Shown: positions 18,609 to 29,600 of the stretch, piece after piece | Numbering within the stretch: position 1 is the first letter of the stretch | Layout: each line of letters begins with the position of its first letter | IMG/VR virus record: IMGVR_UViG_3300030580_000287 | Strand: one strand, 5' to 3' | Length of the DNA: 64,000 nucleotides | From: an uncultured virus (IMG/VR IMGVR_UViG_3300030580_000287) | Taxonomy: Duplodnaviria > Heunggongvirae > Uroviricota > Caudoviricetes | Program-made: the position numbers and the translations under genes | The notes under the pieces: generated by a model | What the model was told of the DNA's origin: nothing | The model's input: only the letters and a program-made list of their open reading frames with translations | Database searches by the model: none

Positions 18609-19256
18609 ATGGCCGTCTTTCTGCCGAATGGCTCTACCGTTGTGGTCGCATCCGGCTACGGCGATCCAATCAGCATCACCGCAATCACCAATGCAATCGA
18701 GGCATCTGCGTCGGCAGCAGCTCACGGCTTTAAAGCTGGCGACTTTGTCGAAGTGACCTCCGGTTGGGCTCGCCTGAACAATCGTGTACTGCGCGTGAAA
18801 ACTGCTACCGCTGACGCGTTTGTCCTTGAGAAAGCAAACACGCTGAATGTCGCGCGCTTCGTTGCCGGTGGCGGCATTGGCTCCGTTCGGAAGATCTCGG
18901 GCTGGGTGCCTGTTAGCCAGGTTACGGATTCCGTAAAGGCCGGCGGTGATCAGCAGAACGCTACCTACTCCTTCCTGGAAGAGGATGACGAACACCAGAT
19001 CCCGACTACCAAGTCTGCAATCTCGTTCACGCTGACGCTTGCAGATGATCCGGACTTGCCGCACAACGATGTGCTGATTGAAGCTGATGACGACAAGAAG
19101 CCCCGCGCCGTAAAGATCAATCTCGCGGCTGGTGGCTGCATCGTCTACAACGCTTACGCGTCGTTCGACAACGTGCCGTCCCTCAACAAGAACAACATCA
19201 TGACTGTCACCGCGGTGTTTGCGGTGGTGGCCAAATTCATCCGCTACGCCGCGTAA
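18609..19256 (+). CDS. Major tail tube protein
   Basis: LPNGS, TSGWARLNNRV, position before chaperone. Confidence 0.8.
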   Translation: MAVFLPNGSTVVVASGYGDPISITAITNAIEASASAAAHGFKAGDFVEVTSGWARLNNRVLRVKTATADAFVLEKANTLNVARFVAGGGIGSVRKISGWVPVSQVTDSVKAGGDQQNATYSFLEEDDEHQIPTTKSAISFTLTLADDPDLPHNDVLIEADDDKKPRAVKINLAAGGCIVYNAYASFDNVPSLNKNNIMTVTAVFAVVAKFIRYAA

Positions 19257-19265
19257 GGGGGATCC

Positions 19266-19646
19266 ATGGCTAAGTTCAAGTTGATCCAGAAACCGACCTT
19301 CAAGGCGCCGGTGATGATTCCTCGTGTTGGTGGCAGCGCCGAGAAGGTGGAGTTCGAATTCAAGTACCTAGACCGAACTGCTCTCGCCGAACTGCATGCC
19401 GAATGGAGCGAGCGACACGACGAGCTGAACAAGAAAGCGGCCGATGTTGACCTGAAGACATTCACTGCTGCGCACATTGACCTTCAGGTTGATCAGCTTA
19501 TGGCAGTCGTCGTCGGCTGGGACATCGAAGAGAAGTTCAATGTCGACAACGTCAGGGTCTTGGTCACCTCAATCAACTCAGCTCCTGGCGCTGTATTGGG
19601 CGCTTACTCGTCGGCGTTCAACGAGGCCCGCCTGGGAAACTCCTAA
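19266..19646 (+). CDS. Tail assembly chaperone (gpG-like)
   Basis: PTFKAPV.IP; ends ARLGNS over slippery GGGAAAC. Confidence 0.85.
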   Translation: MAKFKLIQKPTFKAPVMIPRVGGSAEKVEFEFKYLDRTALAELHAEWSERHDELNKKAADVDLKTFTAAHIDLQVDQLMAVVVGWDIEEKFNVDNVRVLVTSINSAPGAVLGAYSSAFNEARLGNS

Positions 19647-19954
19647 GCGCCGCACGCGCGCTCTACCAGCCAACTCTGGAGGGCACGGATGCCTTTGGCT
19701 TTACCGCCGAAGACTACTCGACGGAAGTCGAGGTTTGGCCCGACAACTGGGACGTCTTCAAGGTATTTGAAGCCATGAGCACCCAGTGGCGTACAGGTGC
19801 GTGCGGCGCTACCGGACTGGATTACAAGTCAATTCGCGACGTTGCCGGCTTCCTTGGTCTCAACCGACAACAGGCCGTCGATATCTTTCCTGGCATCCGC
19901 GTCATGGAAGCGGAAGCCCTGCAGGTGATGGCGGAACAGAGAGAAAGAAAATGA
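19637..19954 (+). CDS. gpT-like (DUF1799-type) extension reached by -1 frameshift
   Basis: Slippery G GGA AAC at 19634-19640; -1 frame open (KLLSAARALY...VWPDNW...TQWR...GLDY...VMEAEAL) to TGA overlapping tape-measure ATG. Confidence 0.8.
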   Translation, partial: KLLSAARALYQPTLEGTDAFGFTAEDYSTEVEVWPDNWDVFKVFEAMSTQWRTGACGATGLDYKSIRDVAGFLGLNRQQAVDIFPGIRVMEAEALQVMAEQRERK

Positions 19955-22900
19955 GCACCAACTTCACGTCCCTGGGCATTGCGGTTGAGTCGTCTGATGC
20001 TGTCAAAGCTGCTGACGATCTTGGAAAGCTGGTTACTGCTGCCGAGGGCGCGGAGAAGGCGGTAGATGGGCTGAGCAAGGCAAGTGATGATCTTGCCGGC
20101 ACCGGCAAAAAAGTCGCTCAAGCTGAAGCTGAGGCCGCTCAGGGTATCGAGAAGTCCACCGGCGCCAGAGAGCGGCAGGCCGGAGCGAGCCGCAAAGTAG
20201 CCGACAGCGCTGTCGCTGAGATCAACGTCATCAGCCAGCTCGACAAGGCGATGACGGGCAACATCGACAGCATTGAGTCTCTGGTGCAAGCCGAGGGCTT
20301 GCTTGAGCGTGCCCGCAAGGGTGGCTTGGTCACCATTGAAGAGCAGGCCAAGTACCAGGATCAGCTGGGTAAGGCCTACGACAAGATCGAGAAGGCAGAA
20401 GCCAAGGAACTGGCGCAGAAGCAAAAACTGATCGAGGCTGAAGGCCGTCAGATTGATGCGTTGAAACGGACCGTCAATGGAATTGACCCAGTAACCGCGA
20501 AGCTGGCCAAACTGGAAGCCCAGGAAAAGGCGCTCAATGACCTGCACAAGGCCGGCGAGATCGATGCTACCCGCTACAACGAAGCGCTGGCAAAAATAGG
20601 CAAGGACCGCTCTGGGCTGACGGCAACAGAAACGGCTTTCGACAAGCTGAAGCTTGGCACCCGACAGGCGCAAGAAAACGTCATGCAGCTCACCAACGCC
20701 CTGCAGTCTGGGGACTGGGGGAGCGGGGCGCGGGCAGTTGCTCAGTTGGGCGCCGGTGCTGGGGCGTCAGCGAAAAGTATGGCTTCCATGCTGATCCCTG
20801 CCGGTTTGCTGGTCGCCGTTCTCGGGTCACTTGGTTACGCCTATCTGGATGCAATGAAGCAGGCGCGGGAGTTCAACTCCGCAGTCAACGGCGGTTCGAA
20901 TGATGCCGGGCAGACTATTGGCAGCCTGAAGGAGATGGCAGAGGGGGCCGGCCGTGTTACCGGCAATCTCTCCGGCGCGCGAGAGGCGGTTGTGTCCCTT
21001 GCCTCCGGCGCGGCCACCAGTGGAACGCAGATGCGCAACCTGGCGGAAGCCGCAGCGGCGATCAGCGAGATTACTGGTAAAGGCGCCGGCGAGCTTGCCG
21101 TGTCCTTTGCCACCGCCGGCGATACGGCGACCGAGGCCGCCGGCAAGATCAGCAGTCAATATGGCCTGCTGACGCTTGAGCAGTACCAGGTGATCAAGGG
21201 TATTGATGATCAGGGCGATCACCAGCGCGCGCTTGACGTGCTGAGCGAGGATCTTAACCAGTCAGCGCTGGAACGACTGAAGACGTATCGCGCCTCGCTG
21301 TCTGATGTCGAACGCGACTGGGATGACATCAAGAACGCCATCAAAGGCGCATACGCGGCTGTTCGGTCTGAAGTCTTTCCTGACCTGGCCAAGCAAATCG
21401 AGATCACTCAACGGGTACTCGACACACGAAAGGGCGGGGGGTTTTCTGGTGCGATCTCTAACGGGCTGAGTTCTCTCAACTCCGCACTGGGCCTGGGCAC
21501 CGGTAAGGATGACGACTCAACACCGGCGCTCGAGGCAAAGCTCGCAGAACTCAAGGCGCGTCAGGCAGCGAGTGAAAGCCTTACCGCCTCTACTGGTGAA
21601 ACAACTCGGGCCAATAAAGAGCTGATCGCAACAGAGAAGGAGCTAAGTGCTCAACTCGATGACATCAATCCTCTCAACAAGCGTCTGGCCGGGCTCCAAA
21701 AGCTGGATGATAAATTTACAACGCTCTACCAAAACGCTGAAAAGACTGGACAGAAGTCGCCACTGCTGGACGGTGTCAGCTTTGATGGCAAGAAGTTCTC
21801 CGGTGGTGCTTACGACACGCTACTGAAGGGGCTGAATGACAAAAACAAAGACCCTAAAGCTTCCGGTAGCCAGGTCGACCTGACCGGCTTCAACAACGCC
21901 AAGAACAACCTCGCAGCCGTCGTTGAAGAATACAAAAACGCCCAGAAGGAACTGGACGCAGCGCAGAAGGCTGGATTGGTTTCGCAGTCGGACTATGCCC
22001 TGAAGCGCGCCGCCATGATCGGCAACGAGCGTGACGAGGTGTCGGCAGCCTACGAGGCCGAGATTGCGGCTCTGGAATCCACCAAGGGCAAGAAGTCCAC
22101 GACAGCCGCGCAAAGCATCCAACTCGACCAGAAGATCGCTGACGCGCGCGCAGGGATGGTCAAGGCGCAGAAGGAGGCCGACAGCCAGCTTGAGGTGTTG
22201 GCCACCAACGAGACCGGGCGCCTTGCCAAGCAGGAGCGGTCGATCACCACCTACGTGCAGGCCCTGGCTCAGCAGCAACGAGCTCTGGAGCTTGCCGGCC
22301 AGCGCGCGGTTCTCGGCGTGGGGCAGGGTGACCGCCAGAACGCACTCAACGGCGAACTGAACAGCCAGCAAGACCGGTTTGCTCAGCAGTCGCTGGAACT
22401 GGCCAACCAGAAATCCGACCCGTCGCGGAACATGTCGGAGGAGGAGTTCAAGCGCAAATCGCAGGCGCTCGCAGATGCGAATAAGGCTGCCACTGACCAG
22501 ATCCGGCAGAACTATGCGGATGTGGAGAACGCACAGGGCGACTGGACGAAGGGCGCGACGTCGGCCTGGGCCAACTACCTGGATTCGGCGAAGAACGTTG
22601 CAGGCCAGACCAAGAGCCTGTTCGGCAATGCGTTCAGCTCGATGGAGGACTCAATCGTCAACTTCGCCATGACCGGGAAGCTGTCGTTCGCTGACTTCAC
22701 CAAGTCGATTCTGGCGGATATGGCGCGGATTGCTACCCGGCAGGCCAGTTCGGCGCTACTCGGCAGCCTGGTCGGAGCAGCGGCGAGCTACTTCGGAGGC
22801 AGTGCTGCCGGCGGTAATGGTTTGGCTGCTGGATCCGCCGGGGCTACATCGTCGAACCTCGGCGCATCAGCAGGAGGGTACTCCGGCAGCTATTTCCCGC

Positions 22901-23298
22901 AGGCGAAGGGTGGTGCGTGGTCGGGTGGGGTGCAGATGTTCGCCGACGGCGGAGCCTTCACAAATTCGATCGTGAGCAAACCCACCTCGTTCGGTATGGC
23001 CAATGGCGACATGGGGATCGCCGGCGAGGCTGGGCCGGAGGCGATCATGCCGTTGACCAGGACATCCAGCGGCAAGCTGGGCGTTATGGCTATGGGCGGC
23101 GGCGTGGCGGGCGGTACCCAGATCAATGTCGAAGTGCATATCGACGGGGACGGGAATGCTTCTTCTACTGCTGATGCTCCCGGGTATGACTTGTTCGGCA
23201 AGGAGCTGGCGGCGTTCGTTGAGCAGAAGTATCAGCAGATGCGCAATAAGGACATGGGCCAGGGTGGCGTAATCAACAAAGCAATCAAGGGGCGCTGA
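19951..23298 (+). CDS. Tape measure protein (1115 aa)
   Basis: Long Ala-rich helical ORF; lambda-type C-terminus GEAGPEAIMPL. Confidence 0.92.
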   Translation: MSTNFTSLGIAVESSDAVKAADDLGKLVTAAEGAEKAVDGLSKASDDLAGTGKKVAQAEAEAAQGIEKSTGARERQAGASRKVADSAVAEINVISQLDKAMTGNIDSIESLVQAEGLLERARKGGLVTIEEQAKYQDQLGKAYDKIEKAEAKELAQKQKLIEAEGRQIDALKRTVNGIDPVTAKLAKLEAQEKALNDLHKAGEIDATRYNEALAKIGKDRSGLTATETAFDKLKLGTRQAQENVMQLTNALQSGDWGSGARAVAQLGAGAGASAKSMASMLIPAGLLVAVLGSLGYAYLDAMKQAREFNSAVNGGSNDAGQTIGSLKEMAEGAGRVTGNLSGAREAVVSLASGAATSGTQMRNLAEAAAAISEITGKGAGELAVSFATAGDTATEAAGKISSQYGLLTLEQYQVIKGIDDQGDHQRALDVLSEDLNQSALERLKTYRASLSDVERDWDDIKNAIKGAYAAVRSEVFPDLAKQIEITQRVLDTRKGGGFSGAISNGLSSLNSALGLGTGKDDDSTPALEAKLAELKARQAASESLTASTGETTRANKELIATEKELSAQLDDINPLNKRLAGLQKLDDKFTTLYQNAEKTGQKSPLLDGVSFDGKKFSGGAYDTLLKGLNDKNKDPKASGSQVDLTGFNNAKNNLAAVVEEYKNAQKELDAAQKAGLVSQSDYALKRAAMIGNERDEVSAAYEAEIAALESTKGKKSTTAAQSIQLDQKIADARAGMVKAQKEADSQLEVLATNETGRLAKQERSITTYVQALAQQQRALELAGQRAVLGVGQGDRQNALNGELNSQQDRFAQQSLELANQKSDPSRNMSEEEFKRKSQALADANKAATDQIRQNYADVENAQGDWTKGATSAWANYLDSAKNVAGQTKSLFGNAFSSMEDSIVNFAMTGKLSFADFTKSILADMARIATRQASSALLGSLVGAAASYFGGSAAGGNGLAAGSAGATSSNLGASAGGYSGSYFPQAKGGAWSGGVQMFADGGAFTNSIVSKPTSFGMANGDMGIAGEAGPEAIMPLTRTSSGKLGVMAMGGGVAGGTQINVEVHIDGDGNASSTADAPGYDLFGKELAAFVEQKYQQMRNKDMGQGGVINKAIKGR

Positions 23299-23636
23299 TG
23301 GCAATCGAAAGATTCACCTGGGCAACGGAGAAGGGCGCGGAGGGTGATATCACCCAACGCGTTCGCTCCAAGCAGTTCGGCGACGGGTATGAGCAATCGT
23401 CTGAGGATGGGATCAACAACCGCTCGGAGTCCTGGCCGGTCACCTTCACCGGCCTTAAGCCCCGCATCAAGGAAATCATGAAGTTCCTCGATAAGCACAA
23501 AGGGGCGAAGGGTTTCCTCTGGGAGCCGCCCCTGGGCGAGCTGGGCCTCTACAAGTGCAACGGATACAAGCCTGTGCATCGCGGCGGCCAGGTCTACGCC
23601 ATCACCGCCACCTTCCAGCAAACCTTTCACCCCTGA
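23298..23636 (+). CDS. Distal tail protein (lambda gpM-like)
   Basis: FGDGYEQ...GIN; FLDKHKG.K.FLW.PP. Confidence 0.85.
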   Translation: MAIERFTWATEKGAEGDITQRVRSKQFGDGYEQSSEDGINNRSESWPVTFTGLKPRIKEIMKFLDKHKGAKGFLWEPPLGELGLYKCNGYKPVHRGGQVYAITATFQQTFHP

Positions 23637-23647
23637 GATAACCATTC

Positions 23648-24400
23648 ATGGCACTGATCACGGACATCCAGAAACTGGAGCCCGGCGGCGAGATTCGCCT
23701 GTTCGAAATTGACGGGACCGAGTACGGCGCGGATTACCTGCGCTTTCACGGGCATGCAATTCCGCATACACCCGAGGAGCTACTGGCCTACGAGCATTCG
23801 GAAGAGGACCTGCCGGCCAAGTCGATTTGGTGGCAGGGAGAGGAATATGCCGCCTGGCCGGTGCAGATCGAAGGCATCGCCTCCAGCAGCGACGGCACAG
23901 CCCCCCGGCCCACGTTCGCAGCGGGCAACATCAACGGACGCGTCACGGCTCTGTGCCTGGCCTTCGAGGACATGCTGAAGTTCAAGCTGACGGTCCGCGA
24001 GACCCTGGCGCAGTACCTGGATGCAGCGAACTATCCCGAAGGCAACCCGACTGCCGACCCGACTCAGGAGGCGCTGGAGATCTGGTACATCGACCAGAAA
24101 ACCAGCGAGGACGGTGAGGCGGTGGTCTGGGAGCTGTCCTCCCCGGGCGAGATCGATAACCACGGTCTGCCCGGCCGGCAAATGACGACGTTTTGCCACT
24201 GGGCGATGACAAACGGATATCGCGGGCCTGATTGCGGCTACACCGGTGCGGCCATGTTCGACGATGAAGACAACCCTACGGACGACCCGGCCAAGGACCA
24301 GTGCAAGGGCTGCCTGTCGTCGTGCAAGTTGCGATTCGGCGAAAACGAAGAGCTCAGCCACGGCGGATTCCCCGCTGTGTCCCTGATTGCCAGGAGCTGA
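23648..24400 (+). CDS. Minor tail protein (lambda gpL-like)
   Basis: IQKLEPG; C-terminal Cys cluster CHW...YRGPDCGY...CK..LSSCKLRFG; GGFP. Confidence 0.9.
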   Translation: MALITDIQKLEPGGEIRLFEIDGTEYGADYLRFHGHAIPHTPEELLAYEHSEEDLPAKSIWWQGEEYAAWPVQIEGIASSSDGTAPRPTFAAGNINGRVTALCLAFEDMLKFKLTVRETLAQYLDAANYPEGNPTADPTQEALEIWYIDQKTSEDGEAVVWELSSPGEIDNHGLPGRQMTTFCHWAMTNGYRGPDCGYTGAAMFDDEDNPTDDPAKDQCKGCLSSCKLRFGENEELSHGGFPAVSLIARS

Positions 24401-24402
24401 TT

Positions 24403-25158
24403 ATGCGCAAACATATCCTGAGCGCGATCCAGGCACACGCGACCGAGCAATATCCGAAAGAGTGTTGCGGCCTGGTCCTGGCTATCGGCCGTAAGCAGCA
24501 GTACTTCCCGTGCCGGAATATCTCTACTGAGCCGAACGAAGAGTTCAGGCTTGATCCCGAGGACTACGCCGCGGCGGAAGACCTGGGCGAGGTGATAGGT
24601 ATTGTTCACTCCCACCCAGACGCTACCAGCAGGCCGTCACCTCGAGACCTGGCCATGTGCGAGGCCACTGCCTTGCCCTGGCACATTCTGTCGTGGCCCG
24701 AAGGGGATCTCAGATCGATCATGCCGACCGGAAATACTCCGCTACTCAGGCGTCCGTTTGTTCATGGGGCGTGGGACTGTTGGGCTATATGCGCAGAGTG
24801 GTATCAGCGCGAATGGGGCTTGGAGTTCGAAGCCTTCCAGCGCACCGATGGCTGGTGGGAGAGTGCAGCGAACACCAGTCTGTACGAGGCAAACTACGAG
24901 GCAGCCGGCTTTGTTCGGGTTGACCGGCCGGAGCGGGGCGACCTGATTGTCATGTCCATCGGGCGGACGGCTCACCCGAACCATGCAGGGATCTACCTGG
25001 GTAGCGATCCCTCTTTACCTGGTGAAGAGTCGGGCGCCTTTGGACCTGGCCCGTTCCTGCTGCATCACCTGTATGGCAGGCCGTCCGAAATCATCGTTTA
25101 CGGCGGTCCCTGGCATGACAGAACGCGCCTGATTCTTCGCCATCGCGATGCTCGGTGA
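24403..25158 (+). CDS. Tail assembly protein (gpK-like; JAB plus NlpC/P60)
   Basis: ECCG, VHSHP..PS..D, DCW, NHAGIY. Confidence 0.9.
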   Translation: MRKHILSAIQAHATEQYPKECCGLVLAIGRKQQYFPCRNISTEPNEEFRLDPEDYAAAEDLGEVIGIVHSHPDATSRPSPRDLAMCEATALPWHILSWPEGDLRSIMPTGNTPLLRRPFVHGAWDCWAICAEWYQREWGLEFEAFQRTDGWWESAANTSLYEANYEAAGFVRVDRPERGDLIVMSIGRTAHPNHAGIYLGSDPSLPGEESGAFGPGPFLLHHLYGRPSEIIVYGGPWHDRTRLILRHRDAR

Positions 25159-25184
25159 TACAGTCGCGGCTTTCAGGACGAGAA

Positions 25185-25478
25185 ATGATCATGAAGATTA
25201 TCGGATTCGCGGCCGCCGTATGTCTGGTGCTGGCTCTTTCAGGCTGCGCTGGCACCAGTTTTTCTTATGATGATGCCCGGAAAGTTCAGATCGGTATGAC
25301 TGAAGAGCAGGTAACCCAAATTATGGGGCCTCCTTACTCGGTGGTTTCCCGAGCCGATGGGCAAATGTGGATTTGGAGCCACGCGAACGGAATGACCGGC
25401 GCGAGCCGCGTGATCTCTTTCCGCCTTATGGACGGCAAGGTCGTGGAAGTACCGACCATCCCCACAAGCTTTAAATAG
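25185..25478 (+). CDS. Lipoprotein, SmpA/BamE-like fold
   Basis: Lipobox LSGC; VQIGMTEEQV..IMGPP. Confidence 0.7.
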   Translation: MIMKIIGFAAAVCLVLALSGCAGTSFSYDDARKVQIGMTEEQVTQIMGPPYSVVSRADGQMWIWSHANGMTGASRVISFRLMDGKVVEVPTIPTSFK

Positions 25479-25495
25479 ACCAAAGAGGGAACGAC

Positions 25496-25918
25496 ATGCG
25501 GATTTTAATAGCGGCGGTAGCTGTGGCGATGCTGGCGGGGTGTGCCTCATCGGCAATTTCAGTGCGAGACGCCAAGCCGGTGCCGGCGGATGAGGTCTAC
25601 GCGTTCCAGTCCAAGCCATCTGGCGAAAGCGGGAAAATTACGGTTGTGCGTGACTCCGGCGCCGTCGGGTCGGGCTGCGATATCGTCGTCTATGTAGATG
25701 GGCGCAAAGCTGCGAAAATTGGCACTGGTCAGCGGGCAACCTTTTATCTTCCGCCAGGCTCGCCAAATATAGGCGCCGGCCTCGCCGGATCCGGTCTGTG
25801 TGCAGGTGCGGCAATCCGCACCATCGCCGCAACGGTGCAGCCGGGCAAGGAAAGCCTTTATCGCATCAGCGGAGATATGGCCGGCTTCTACATTGGGCCC
25901 TACGTCGACTACAACTGA
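25496..25918 (+). CDS. Lipoprotein of unknown function (moron)
   Basis: Lipobox LAGC; RBS; terminator follows. Confidence 0.75.
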   Translation: MRILIAAVAVAMLAGCASSAISVRDAKPVPADEVYAFQSKPSGESGKITVVRDSGAVGSGCDIVVYVDGRKAAKIGTGQRATFYLPPGSPNIGAGLAGSGLCAGAAIRTIAATVQPGKESLYRISGDMAGFYIGPYVDYN

Positions 25919-25973
25919 AAAACGAAAATCATAAAGCCGCCTCCGGGCGGTTTTTTATTGTCCGGAGAAAAAG

Positions 25974-26567
25974 ATGCAGGCATCAGCGATCAACTACCAA
26001 CCAATGACAACCATTCGCCTGCACGGGCAGCTACGTCAGTTCGGGAAGTCCTTCAGGCTTGCGGTGAAATCGCCGGCCGAGGCCATTAAGGCGCTGTGCA
26101 TTCAGATTCCCGGCTTCGAGCGATTCCTATCGAACGCCAAATCGCGAGGTCTAGAGTTCGCAGTCTTTCGCGATAAGCGCAACATCGGCGAAAAAGAGTT
26201 GAGCTACAGCGGTGCCGGCGACATCCGTATTGCGCCCGTGGTGGTTGGAAGTAAGCGTGGCGGTGTTCTTCAGACCATCGTCGGCGCGATCCTGATCGTT
26301 GTCGGTGTCATCTTTTCCGCGACCCCCTTCGGCACGCCGCTTATTGGCGCTGGTATCGGTCTTGTCGCCGGCGGCGTCATTCAAATGCTGAGCCCCCAGG
26401 CTGGCGGCCTGAAGACCAGCGCGGCACCGGAGAACACGCCCGGCTACGCCTTCGGCAGCGCCAAGAACACCACTGCATCCGGCAACCCAGTCCCGCTGTG
26501 CTACGGAAAGCGCCGGGTGGGCGGGGCAATCATCAGTGCCGCCATTTACGCCGAAGATCAGATGTAG
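25974..26567 (+). CDS. Tail assembly protein (gpI-like)
   Basis: IRLHGQL..FG; GNPVPLCYG...GGAIISA. Confidence 0.9.
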   Translation: MQASAINYQPMTTIRLHGQLRQFGKSFRLAVKSPAEAIKALCIQIPGFERFLSNAKSRGLEFAVFRDKRNIGEKELSYSGAGDIRIAPVVVGSKRGGVLQTIVGAILIVVGVIFSATPFGTPLIGAGIGLVAGGVIQMLSPQAGGLKTSAAPENTPGYAFGSAKNTTASGNPVPLCYGKRRVGGAIISAAIYAEDQM

Positions 26568-26626
26568 TTGTAACCCGCAGCACCGCAGCCGCCCACGAGG
26601 CGGTTTTTTATTGCCTGGAGGAAAGC

Positions 26627-29600
26627 ATGGGCGCAGCACGCAAGATTGATATTCATGGCGCCAAGGGTGGCGAAGAGAAGCCAAAAACGCCGACAGAAGC
26701 CCCGGACAGCCTGCGCTCTGTTGCAATCGCCAAGATGCTGATCGCCGTGGGTGAGGGCGAGTTTGAAGGTACGCCCACCGCACGCGATATCTACCTCGAC
26801 AACACTCCGCTGCAAGACCCCCAGGGCAATATGAACTTCCCCAACGTGAAATGGGAGTGGCGCACCGGAGCCGTGGATCAGGCCTATATCCAAGGGATTC
26901 CGTCGGTCGAGAACGAAACCACCATCAGCACTGAGCTGCGTAGTGGTACCCCATGGGTCCGTGCGATCAGCAACACCCAGCTTTCCGCCGTTCGTGTGCG
27001 TTTCGCCTGGCCAGCGCTCCAGTCTGTAGATGCCGACGGGAACATCAACGGGTACCGGATTGAGTACAAGGTCGAGGTGGCCACCGATGGCGGCGCGTAC
27101 CAGCAGGTGCTGAGTGAGGCTGTCGACGGCAAGACCACAAGCGTTTACGAGCGCACCCGCCGCATCGATTTGCCGAAGGCTACTTCTGGCTGGCTGATGC
27201 GCATCACTCGAATCACACCCAACCAGAACAACAACAAAATCTCCGACACCATGCAGATTGCCGGCTTCACTGAGGTGATCGATGCGAAGCTGCGGTACCC
27301 AAACACCGCGCTGCTGTACATCGAGTTTTCCGCCGAGCAGTTCCGGAATATCCCGGCGGTGACCATCGAGACCAAACTCAAGAAGATGCAGGTGCCGAGC
27401 AACTACGATCCCGTGGCGCGGAGCTACACCGGGGTCTGGGACGGCACTTTCAAGCAGGCGTGGACCGATAACGCGGTCTGGATGACCTATGACATCACCA
27501 CCGCCGACCGCTTCGGCCTTGGTCGCCGCATCAAGCCATGGATGGTGGACAAGTGGGAGCTTTACCGCATCTCGCAGTACTGCGACCAACTGGTGCCGGA
27601 CGGTAAGGGCGGCATGGAGCCGCGCTTCATCTGCAACCTGAACTTGCAGAGCAAGGCTGACGCCTGGTCCTTGCTGCGCGACATCTCGGCGATCTACAGG
27701 GGGATGACCTACTGGGCCCAGGGCCAGGTTTTCACCCTGTCGGATATGCCGCGGGCCACTGACTTCGACTTTGCCTACACCAGGGCGAACGTGATCGATG
27801 GCAAGTTCACCTATTCCAGCGCATCGGAGCGCACCCGATACACCCGGGCCTTGATCAGCTACGACAACCCGGCGAACAACTACGACACAGATGTCACTGC
27901 GGTGACGGATGCCAAGCTTCAGCGTCGATATGGCGACAACCCGCTGGAGATCAGCGCGATCGGCTGTACCCGTGAGTCTGAGGCTCAGCGTCGCGGCAAG
28001 TGGGCGTTGCTCACCAACTCCAAGGACCGCGCCATCTCGTTCAAGGTTGGCCTCGACGGACGGATCCCACTGCCTGGCTACGTGATCCCTATCGCTGACG
28101 AGCTTCTGGCTGGCCGTGCTGTGGGTGGTCGGATCGCCGAGGCGAACGGAAAGGTCATCAAGCTGGACCGTGACACCCAGGCCAAGCCCGACGACCGGTT
28201 GATCCTGAACCTGCCCGACGGCAAGTGTGAGGGTCGCACCGTGCAGTTGGTCAGCGGTCGTCAGATCACGGTCACTACGGCGTTTTCCGTAGCGCCTGAG
28301 CGTGAGTTGGTGTGGGCGCTCGACGCTGACGACCTGGCCATCCCGCTCTATCGCGTGACCAGCGTGGCGCGTCCGGAGCCTGGCGTTTTTGAGATCTCGG
28401 CCGTGCAGTACGACCCGAGCAAGTTCGCGCATATCGATACCGGTGCTCGGCTGGAAGAGCGCCCAATCAGCGTGATTCCGGTCACCGTGGTTCTGCCGCC
28501 GGCGAGCGTCACGCTGTCGTCGAACTACGCCGTGGACCAGGGCATCGCCATCAGCACCATGAACATCTCGTGGCCCGCCGTGAATGGTGCAGTCGCGTAT
28601 GACGTGGAGTGGCGCAAGGACAGCGGAAACTGGATCAAGGTGCAGCGTACTGGCTCGACCAGTGTGGACATTACAGGGATCTACTCAGGGGCCTATTTGG
28701 CTCGCGTACGTTCGGTGAGCGCCTTCGAGATCTCATCGATCTGGAAAAGCTCCAACCTGACCAACCTCGAGGGCAAAACCGGGCTTCCGCCGGCGGTGTC
28801 GTTCCTGACCACCACCAGCAAGGTCTATGGCATCGGTATTCAGTGGGGATTCCCGCCGGGCGCCGAGGACACCCAGCGGACGGAACTCTGGTATAGCCAA
28901 TCGCCGGACCAGACGACCGCGATCAAGCTGAGCGACTTCAGCTACCCGCAGGCCAAGCACGAGATGCAGAACATCCTGGCGGGCGCGAGCTTCTTCTTCT
29001 GGGCTCGCCTGGTGGATCGGACCGGCAACATCGGGCCTTTCTTCCCCGTTACCGGTGCCGTGAATGGACGGGCCAGCTCTGACCAGTCTGAGTACGACAA
29101 GTACTTCGCGGACAAGATCGGCAAGGGGGCGCTGTATCAGAGCCTACGGGAGGAGATCGAGCTGATTACGGGCGATGGCCCCGGTTCAGTGAATGAGCGC
29201 CTGGAGGAGGCCAAGAAGGAGTTCAACGACCTCATCAACGAGATCGTCGACGCTCTGGAGTATGACCCGGCCAAGACCTACGCCAAGGGCGACATGGTCC
29301 GCGTTGGCCAGCACCTGTTCCAGGCAACGAAAGCGGTACCGGTCAACACCACTCCGCCAAATGCCAGCTACTGGTTCGACATGGGCACCATCGCCGAAAC
29401 CAACGACGCCATGGCCCTGGAGATCAGCAAGAACAAGTCGGCCATCGATAACGTGGACGGGAAGGTCACGGCCACCGCAGAGAAGCTGGACGGTGTTTAC
29501 GCAACGATCAAGGCGGAGTCGGCAGGGAACGAGTCGGGCAGCGCAGGTGATGACACCTCCTCAGCGGGCGTCTGGTCGCTGATGTCTGCCATTGCTGAGC

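Noticed and set aside
26558..28432. Long reverse-strand ORFs (also 13819-14718, 63085-63963 and others)
   Set aside because: Shadows of GC-rich coding genes on the opposite strand, with no motifs
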